7,386 bases of DNA. It comes from Octopus sinensis. Its lineage: Eukaryota. Each line of letters begins with the position of its first letter. Within the stretch, counting starts at the first letter, position 1. A model generated the notes under the pieces. It searched no databases. It worked only from the letters and a program-made list of their open reading frames with translations, and was not told where the DNA came from. The DNA is taken from NCBI RefSeq assembly GCF_006345805.1, contig NW_021828881.1, positions 1 through 7,386 of the forward strand. Direction: 5' to 3'. Shown in pieces: positions 1 to 7,264 of the stretch. Position numbers and translations under genes: made by a program.

Positions 1-370
1 CGGACGACATGCTTAGCGGTATTTTGTCTGATGCTACGTTTTGAGTTCAAATTCCGCCGAGGGCGACTTTACCGTTCATCCTTTCGGAGTCAATAAATTA
101 AGTACCAGTTACGCACTGGGTCGATGTAATCGACTTAATCCCTTTGTCTGTCCTTGTTTGTCCTCTCTGTGTTTACTCCCTTGTGGGCAGTAAAGAAATA
201 GGTATTTCGTCTGTGTTCACGTTCTGCGTTTGAGTTCAAACGCCGCCGGGGTTCACTTCGCCTTTCATCCTATCGGGGGCGATAAACTAAGTACCAGTTG
301 CGCACTGGGTCGATGTAACTGACTCATTCCCTCTCCCAAAATTTCAGGCCTTGTGCCAAGAGTTGAAAGG
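1..370 (+). mobile_element. SINE (5' end cut by window edge) with an internally duplicated B-box plus central domain, ending in an (ATT)n tail; resembles an abundant octopus SINE
   Basis: Two similar units, 18-142 and 201-331. Each has GGTATTT(T/C)GTCTG, a B-box-like GAGTTCAAA (43-51, 232-240), TTCATCCT(T/A)TCGG and TAAGTACCAGTT(A/G)CGCACTGGGTCGATGTAA. A 3' segment 332-370 runs straight into (ATT)23. The TTCATCCTTTCGG...AAGTACCAG block resembles Meta/MESC-type central domains; this is from memory and not checked. Confidence 0.8.

Positions 371-439
<69 letters not shown>
371..439 (+). repeat. (ATT)23 microsatellite, probably the SINE tail
   Basis: Perfect ATT array directly after the SINE body; it explains the poly-Leu ORF 351..557. 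Confidence 0.97.
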
Positions 440-534
440 TACTTTATTTCATGTAAATAAAATGGTGGTCTTTTTCTTTCAAATTTGTCTTTGTATTATT
501 ATAATTATTCATTTATTTAGGGCGTGTGACACAT

Positions 535-649
535 TATATATATATATATATATATAATATATATATAGATATATATATATAAGCAATGAATATATAATCA
601 TATCGTATATAGGTCTACATATCTATATATATAATATATATATATATAT
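535..649. repeat. Imperfect (TA)n microsatellite
   Basis: Interrupted TA runs are directly visible. Confidence 0.9.
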
Positions 650-857
650 GCGTATGTGCACGTATGTATTATTTATGTATGCAGGTATGTGTGTGTAAGA
701 AAGCAGTAGGGCGAGAGAAGCATGTGGCGTGTGCATGCGAGATTGACACCGAGATTAGGGAAGACATCACGTGACACCATGCATTACTTAACGAACATTC
801 CATTTACATCCGTTTGTTGGATTCCATCAACAGAGTTCTCTGCATTCAAAGTACTAC

Positions 858-972
858 CCTTTCTTTGTCTCTGTCTTTCTCTCTCTCAATCTTTCTCTCA
901 TTCTCTCTCCCTCCCTCTATCTATCTATCTATCTATCTATCTATATCTATCTATCTATCTATCTATCTATCT
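858..972. repeat. Compound (CT)n / (CTAT)n microsatellite
   Basis: CT-rich tract 858-916, then CTAT units 917-972. Confidence 0.93.
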
Positions 973-1149
973 TCCTATTTACCATTCTGTCTGTCTGCCT
1001 GTATGCTAACCATCCATCGCACTCAATACGCACACACGGATACCTGCAGCCACACGCACGTAGATATACGCCTACCTCCATACTTACCTCCCTCCGACCC
1101 ACCGTCCCTACCTACACACACGTGTGCATCTATACACGTCGTACGTAAG

Positions 1150-1566
1150 AATGTGTATGTATGCATGTATGTTTGTTTGTATGTATGTATGTATGTATGT
1201 ATGTATGTATGTATGTATGTATGTATGTATGTATGTATGTATGAATGTGTGCTTGTATATACGTGTGTATGTATGCATGTATGTGTGGATGTATGTATGT
1301 ATGTATGTATGCATCCATGTATGTATTCATGCATGTATGTATGTATGTATGTATGTGTGTATGTATGTATGTGTGTATGTATGTATGTATGTATTTACGT
1401 ATGAATATGTGTATGTATATATGTATGCATATATGTATGTATGTCTGTATGTATGTATGTATGTATGTGTGTATGTATGTATGTATGTATGTATATATGT
1501 ATGCATATATGTATGTATGTATGTATATATGTATGCATCCTTGTATGTATATATGTATGCATGTAT
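1150..1566. repeat. Long imperfect (TATG)n microsatellite with TGTG and CATG variant units
   Basis: Directly visible; it generates the overlapping MYVC/HTYI pseudo-ORFs on both strands. Confidence 0.96.
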
Positions 1567-1717
1567 AACCGTAAGCGTTGGCGTATGTTTAACTCCGATG
1601 TATATCAAAGACTCGCGCTGTTCTTCTGTTTCTGTCCGTTATATATTTAAATCTGTCTAAGGTGCTTCTGTATGCTTGTCATACAGATATGCGCGCGCGC
1701 CGTTTCTCAGTGCATCT

Positions 1718-1774
1718 ATGTGTGTGTGTGTGTGTACATATATATGTGTGTGTGTATGCGTTTGTGTGTGTATG

Positions 1775-1821
<47 letters not shown>
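1718..1821. repeat. (TG)n microsatellite
   Basis: Interrupted TG from 1718; near-perfect TG run at about 1779-1821. Confidence 0.95.
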
Positions 1822-1824
<3 letters not shown>

Positions 1825-1923
1825 TGTAGGCATGTTATCGGCCGTTTTCTTCTTGAAGTCAGTGGATGTTTTTGTTCCTTGAGAAAATACAAAGAACTCT
1901 CATTAATGGTATTCTACATTATT

Positions 1924-2025
1924 AACAACAACAACAACAACAACAAGTGACTGTTACATGAAACAAAAAACAACAACAACAATATAATAATAATAATGAG
2001 GATTATGGTGACGGTGATGATGGTG

Positions 2026-2083
<58 letters not shown>
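1924..2083. repeat. Compound trinucleotide microsatellite (AAC)n / (AAT)n / (GAT,GGT)
   Basis: AAC runs at about 1924-1946 and 1968-1982; AAT runs at about 1985-1998 and 2025-2082, separated by GAT/GGT variants. Confidence 0.93.
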
Positions 2084-2085
<2 letters not shown>

Positions 2086-2124
2086 GCAATAAACTCCATT
2101 ATCATTAAAATAAAAACGCTTAGG

Positions 2125-2354
2125 TGTGTATGAATGTATATATGTGTGTGTATGTGTGTGTTTGTGTGCATATATATTATGTGTGTGTGTGTGTGTGTAG
2201 TTGTATATAAAGAAGCGGTGGAATTAAACAATTAGCATTAATTCATTTAAAATTCGTGAATGAACACAACGTTATATAATTTCAAAAAAATTTTGTGTGT
2301 ATGTGTATGTATATAGATATATGTATATAAATATGTATATAAGTGCGTATATAA

Positions 2355-2413
<59 letters not shown>

Positions 2414-2531
2414 CACACATACATATATTACATATATGTACATTACACATATATATACATCTATATATGTGCATGCATATATATATGTATATATGTATAT
2501 ATATTACATATATACATACATATATACATAT

Positions 2532-2565
<34 letters not shown>

Positions 2566-2749
2566 GATATATATATTATTTAATATATATATATATGTAT
2601 ACATATATGTATAATATATGTTATATATATATGTATATTATATATATATATATAATATAATAATATATATTATATATAATATATATTAATATATATAATA
2701 TATATATACATACATACATATAGATATACACACACACACGTGTGTGTGT
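2125..2749. repeat. Large compound TA/TG/CATA low-complexity tract with a short unique interruption at about 2210-2293
   Basis: Alternating purine-pyrimidine repeats, including a long pure (TA)n at about 2360-2410. Confidence 0.92.
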
Positions 2750-3551
2750 TAGCGTGTTTTTCTGAAATCTGTATGGTGAGCGAGGGTCGAGCGGGTGTTT
2801 CCCGTCTGAGTCAGGTTCGTCAAATTTCCCTCATGCCACCCGTTACTCTGCTATCGCTAGACATCATCAAGCAAGACTTCAGCATTTACACCCATCACTA
2901 AACGCCTTTCTTTTTAACAAGTCATCCGTTCCACCATTCATTCATTTCCGGTTTTCATTCCAACATCCGATCGCACACCCAAACATCCAACTTCCAACTT
3001 CCAAAATTTCCAAACTTCCATTTAAACAAACATTTGACGATTTTCTAACCGCTTATTCGGTAAACCAACAATCCAACCCTTGGAACCAAAACATCATTAT
3101 GCTTTCGCTTCTCTACTGTTATTAATTATTTAAATTCTTCCTCCGAGAATGGAACTGCTTCTAACCAAAATACAAAGCTCCAATACTGGAGTGCAGGTAA
3201 CAAAAACAGTATCAGGTTTTAAACTTGAGAAAAGTCTTGCATATATTTACCGTTCCACTTACAGATCGCATTTCTAATGTGCGTGTAAATTATTTGACCT
3301 TCGTTTTCTAAAACCCTAGCTTCTCCTGATCGCCACTCGCGCATTTACTCACAAAACCAAGTGCATCAATTATCATGGTATAAATGTGAATTTATAATCT
3401 GCATAAAGGATCTGAGGGTTTCAGAACAGTTGTCCACAGTTATTCTCTTTCCTATTTATTTTCAAAGAGATATTCACATCAGCAGAACAGCTGACCTCTA
3501 TGTCGGTACATACCCTTTCTTATCTATCACAATGTATGTATGTATGTGTGA

Positions 3552-3872
3552 GGGCGCGTGGCTTAGCGGTTAGGGCATTCGGCTAACGATCGTTAGGTTC
3601 TGAGTTCAATTTGCGGCGACGCATTTTGTCCTTGAGCAAGACACTTTATTTCACGTTGCTCCAGTCCACTCAGCTGGCAAAAATGAGTAGTACCTGTATT
3701 TCAAAGGGCCAGCCTTGTCACATTCTGTGTCACACTGAGTCTCCCTGAGAACTACGTTAAGGGTACTCGTGTCTGTGGAGTGCTCAGCCACTTGCACGTT
3801 AATTTAATGAGCAGGCTGTTCCGTTAATCGTATCAGCTGGGACCCTCGTCATCGTATCTGACAGAGTGCTCT
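3552..3872 (+). mobile_element. tRNA-derived SINE with a CORE-like domain, apparently near full length
   Basis: GGCGCG start, A-box TGGCTTAGCGG (3559-3569), B-box-like GAGTTCAATTT (3602-3612), CORE-like TGTCCTTGAGCAAGACACTT (3627-3646), then CTCCAGTCCACTCAGCTG...AAATGAGTA. The body ends at the (TATG)n array. Confidence 0.85.
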
Positions 3873-4035
3873 TATGTATGTATGTATGTATGTATGTATG
3901 TATGTATGTATGTATGTATGTATGTATGTATGTATGTATGTATGTATGCATGCATGTATGTATGTATGTATGTATGTATGTATGTATGTATGCATGCATG
4001 CATGCATGTATGTATGTATGTATGTATGTATGTAT
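3873..4035. repeat. Near-perfect (TATG)n array with CATG variants
   Basis: About 40 tetramer units between the SINE and the LINE fragment. Confidence 0.97.
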
Positions 4036-4680
4036 AAGAAACCAAATGAAATGGTGTAGCCATATTGTTGGCGGGTGAACGCATGCCCAAACAGCTGTTT
4101 TACGGTGAGCTTGCAGAGGGGAAACGCCATCGGCGTAAACCTAAAAAAAAGGTTTATGGACGGCATAAGAACTACTATGAAGTCACTTGGAATGGATCCA
4201 GAGGACATAGAAACCCTTGCTTCGTATCGAGCTGGATGGCGAACAAAAGTGTGGAGTGGAGTAAAAGCGTTGAAGAGGCCAGGATAACGCCTGCAAGACT
4301 CAAAAGAGATTTAAGGAAAAATGTTACGATCGAGAAAGTGAATAACAACGACCTTTTTGTGTGCACAGTCTGACAGACCATGCCTGTCTTTTGCTGGCCT
4401 CAAATCTCATTTGCGAACGCATGGAAAACGAACCTCCATCAACTATTGTGCCTATATGTCTGTGCACACCTTTGAATGCAGTGTATGCCAGAAGGCCTTA
4501 AAAGACATTTTAAGATCCACAAAGAGCAGAACTTATCTGCAGCTCTTGGTGGTCCAAATCGGAGGTGCAATCTATGTGGGTGTCTTTTCAGAACATTGTC
4601 TGGTTTAAAAAGACAAATCAGATGCCATGATGTTGCTAAGGTGTAGGTACAGGAGGTGGTCAAACTCGTAGACAACCACC
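4034..4680 (+). mobile_element. 3' fragment of an RTE-like non-LTR retrotransposon: frameshifted ORF2 C-terminus with three C2H2 fingers, stop at 4644-4646, short 3' UTR
   Basis: Joining frames gives [12 protein letters not shown] / [26 protein letters not shown] / RFMDGIRTTMKSLGMDPEDIETLASYRAGWRTKVWSGVKA / EEARITPARLKRDLRK...FVCTV / DRPCLSFAGLKSHLRTH...FECSVCQK / LKRHFKIH...CNLCGCLFRTLSGLKRQIRCHDVAKV*. This matches the RTE-type post-RT pattern QLRWxGHVxRM...PKQLxYGEL..GKR..GRPxKRxxD...WE.LA.DR..WR. Confidence 0.88.
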
Positions 4681-4910
4681 ATGTATGAATGTATGTATGT
4701 ATGTTTTGATGGATGTATGCATGTATGCATGCATGCACGCATACATATATGTATGTATATATGTATTTGTGTATGTATATATGCATGCATGTATGTATGT
4801 ATGTGTATGCATATATTCATGCATGAATGTATGTATGCATGTATGTATGTTTTTATGTATGTGTACATGTATATATTTATTACGTATGCATGGATATATG
4901 TGTATTTATA
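4681..4910. repeat. Degenerate (ATGT)n array directly after the LINE 3' end, probably an expanded LINE tail
   Basis: Starts at the base after the 3' UTR hairpin and contains ATGT/ATGC/ATAT units. Confidence 0.9.
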
Positions 4911-5483
4911 CGTTCTTTTTTATTGTGGATCACTGAGCAAAATGTAAGACCAAATGCTTCCAGTAATGTGTCTAGGCCCAACTGGCGCATGATCGGGCCC
5001 TCAGTGAATAAACCCACAAACCAACCAAGTCACCCTAGAGAAAAACGCAATTCTAAGACAACTTGCTGAGCAAGGACATCCAAATGGCAAAGGAATTCAG
5101 AAACAGTTTACAGTTAACCAATAATGTGAATGTATATACACAAATGTATATTTGAGTATACACGTGTGCATGTGTAAATATTCTGATAAGAAACCTGCTG
5201 TGTTTGTAGTTTCTGGCCATCTTGCTTCCTTGCTTCTTGAAATGGTTTGAAATATTTTAGAGAATGGTATTCATGTCGTACAGATGTTTGTTACTTTAAA
5301 ACTGAAGTGCTGGACTTGCTTCTGTCCTGAATTTGGCCCGCGGCGATGGACAAGCAGTGACCTGTATAGGTATAACGACGTGGAGTCACATAATTAGAAA
5401 GCCCTGTCGTCCAGTGATGCGGAGTGCAAGAATTCATCTTAACATTGCTCTCTTTTTCTCATTGTAATTCTTCTGGCCATTCT

Positions 5484-5692
5484 TGTTTCGAGTCCTTGGG
5501 ATCATAGGACCAGTTGCCCGGTTTCACAACATCATCTCCTAAACGGTTCGCCAGTTCGCCGCAGGGTTAATAATTTGTAGCTGAATGGAGAGGAGAAACA
5601 AAAATTGAAGTGTTTTGCCCAAGAGTATAACGTACAACCCGGCACAGGGATCGAAACCAGGAACTTGAGTGCAGCACACCAGGCCAAGCGCC
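5484..5692 (-). mobile_element. Decayed tRNA-derived SINE with a CORE-like domain (minus strand)
   Basis: The minus strand reads GGCGCTTGGCCTGGTG (A-box-like), GGTTTCGATCCC (B-box, 5647-5658), CTTGGGCAAAACACTT...CTCCATTCAGCT (CORE-like), then AACCCTGCGGCGAACTGGCG...GAAACCGGGCAACTGGTCCTATGA. The 3' boundary is approximate. Confidence 0.78.
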
Positions 5693-5997
5693 TTCACTAT
5701 TTTACTACTATAACAACAGCTAAATTAGGCGAAACCCGTTGTAATTAAGAAGCCTTTTAAGGAGAGCAAGAATTTCACCCGTGTTTCGTGGTCTGCTACC
5801 ACAACAGCTCATTTACAGGATCCAGTTAGCTCAAGACATCATCAGGAGGAACCACGTCCGGTTTCGGCCCCTACTCCTCTACCGTTTTGACGTGGCGCCC
5901 CACCCCCTTTCGGAGGTGTCTTCAGCTCTGGTGTTGGGTGCGTGTCTTTCTTCTTCTCCTGACCTCTTCGATGTAGCATCAATGAGTGTCAGCGGGC

Positions 5998-6078
5998 GAC
6001 TGAATGTCCTGTCAAATTTTCCTTTAAATACCTGCTGCTAGGCTCCAGCAGGCAGCCCCAGCAAGTTGTCACGTGACA
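5998..6078 (-). promoter_or_regulatory. Candidate Pol II core promoter on the minus strand: palindromic E-box, TATA variant and Inr
   Basis: TGTCACGTGACA (6067-6078). Minus-strand TATTTAAA begins at 6030, and TTCAGTC has its A at 6001, placing the TATA at -29. This is motif evidence only. Confidence 0.35.
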
Positions 6079-6269
6079 CTGTCTCAACTTCAACTGACCG
6101 ATGAAGACGCGTAGTCTTAGCCCACGCATTCTCTAAACGAGACCGTCACCTGTCAACCAACTTATTTTGGAAATACTAGAATTGGTTTCTCTATAAATTT
6201 TCTAGTTAGTTTCCCGCAAATGACGGCTGTTTATTTACGGACTAAATACGCATCGGTCACTTTGCAAGT

Positions 6270-7067
6270 TAACTTTATCGACCTTACTAAAGCTTTTTCA
6301 CGGTACACTGCTCCGTTTTAGGAAAGGTTGGTCGTCCACCAAATGTACTGAAATTTTGAGATTGATCCGTTTTGGTCGAAAAGCAAAAAAACACTTCAAT
6401 GGTAAACTATCATCACTAATGGCTCTTGAAAAACGAATGAAACCAGCAGACATCTTTACTCTAAATTCCCTTTCTAATATTTTTTTTTTCTTTTTTGTAA
6501 CCCTTTATAGGTTTACGATATTTGTGTCTGCTTCTGTCATTGTGTAATCTACAGAGGTTTTTTTTTACCTTGGGGCGCTTCGAAGGTAAAGTCTAAAATA
6601 TTTCCTAGAATTCTCAAAGATCTGTTTGTGCTGACGATTATCACATGCTTGCTCTTTCAGAAGTGACGCGCGGAAAATTATGGGCCGATGTTCGGGTGTT
6701 TGCACTAGAATTTGTCAGATCTTTCCCCAAGAATCCTAACCATGATCCATCAATATGTGGCAGCAAATGATTTCTGTTTGATGAGATCGTTTATCTTGTT
6801 AGTAATAATTTCACGCTTTATTACTTTGAATGAAAAGCAATTCTGAGTAGAGCGGAGGCGGTCAGCACGGGTTTCGCTCGGGTGGATGACCGAGAGTAGA
6901 CACAAACAGATACATATTAAGCGCTAAATTTAGTAAGGTCCTTATGGTTTGTGTCCTTGTCCCACTTCCTTATTCCTGTGAATCTTCAACGTCTTCATCA
7001 GAAATGCCCAACACGTATATTAAGATTTATCTTATTCAAATTCCTTAGATGCAATTTATCTTCACAA
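6270..7067 (+). mobile_element. Heavily decayed reverse transcriptase core of an RTE-like LINE
   Basis: Colinear motifs across frameshifts and stops: FIDLTKAF (6274-6297), GKVGRPPNVLK (6321-6353), SKIFPRILKDLF (6592-6627) then ADDYHMLALSE (ADD at 6630-6638), DEIVYLVS (6780-6803), ILSRAEAVSTGFARV (6840-6884), PYSCES (6968-6985), LQRLHQKCPTRILRFI (from 6984), LRCNLSS (7044-7064). The order fits RTE RT: FIDLxKAFD, GCP, DLLFADD, YLGS, ASxAFGRL, LLYGCE, FHxxCLRxIL. The 5' edge is uncertain. Confidence 0.8.
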
Positions 7068-7068
7068 C

Positions 7069-7234
7069 GGCGCATGAGAGGCTGTGTGGTAAGAAGCTTG
7101 CTTTCCAATCACAGAGTTACGGGTTCAGTCCCACAGCGCGGCACCTTGGGTAAGTGTCTACTTCTATAGCCTCGGGCCGATTAAAGCCTTGTGAGTGGAC
7201 TTGGTAAACGGAAACTGAAAGAAGCCTGTCGTAA
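7069..7234 (+). mobile_element. tRNA-derived CORE-type SINE (5' part), running into a (TA)n tract
   Basis: GGCGCA start, A-box-like GGCTGTGTGGT, B-box GGGTTCAGTCCC (7121-7132), CORE-like CACCTTGGGTAAGTGTCT (7142-7159), then CTATAGCCTCGGGCCGA...GCCTTGTGAGTGGA...ACGGAAACTGAAAGAAGCC. I recall this as an abundant octopus SINE but could not verify it. Confidence 0.85.
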
Positions 7235-7264
7235 ATATATATATATATGATATATATATATATA
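7235..7264. repeat. (TA)n microsatellite
   Basis: Directly visible. Confidence 0.92.

Noticed and set aside
18-331. Repeat-spacer-repeat layout as a possible CRISPR-like array
   Set aside because: There are only two long (about 125 nt) diverged units, in a eukaryotic SINE context, and no cas genes.
1822-1900. Possible minus-strand splice acceptor (TTCTTTGTATTTTCTCAAG) with a short open frame
   Set aside because: There is no donor before the microsatellite, and the peptide is unrecognisable.
351-2614. Many ORFs of 66-196 aa on both strands (poly-L, MYVC, HTYI, CV, YI repeats)
   Set aside because: They are translations of stop-free microsatellites, overlap in multiple frames and have no domain content. 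The same applies to the ORFs at 3799-4090 and 4439-4947.
2870-2910. Minus-strand peptide RLVMGVNA resembling the GDFNA motif of APE endonuclease
   Set aside because: The catalytic Asp is missing and there are no other colinear APE motifs nearby.
3552-3625. tRNA-like sequence
   Set aside because: It has A/B boxes but no complete cloverleaf and runs into a CORE-like domain, so it is a SINE head, not a tRNA gene.
5261-5369. Possible + strand internal exon (TTTTAG acceptor, AG/GTATAA donor) with open frame NGIHVVQMFVTLKLKCWTCFCPEFGPRRWTSSDLY
   Set aside because: The polypyrimidine tract and donor are weak, I recognise no homology, and there is no partner exon. It would need spliced RNA-seq reads.
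5775-5925. Two minus-strand CUGANGA boxes (5919-5925, 5839-5845), each followed later by GAAAC, suggesting hammerheads
   Set aside because: I could not build a canonical fold: stem II does not close between CUGANGA and GAAA, and stem I or the NUH site fails. A decayed ribozyme array is not excluded, and an RNAMotif/Infernal search would settle it.
5781-6041. 86-aa + strand ORF in the GC-richer island
   Set aside because: It starts at GTG and has no recognisable motif; no GIY-YIG or gag signature is evident.
6995-7001. Minus-strand CTGATGA core-like motif
   Set aside because: It lies inside RT-coding remnant (LHQK codons), with no stem II/GAAA arrangement, so it is coincidental.
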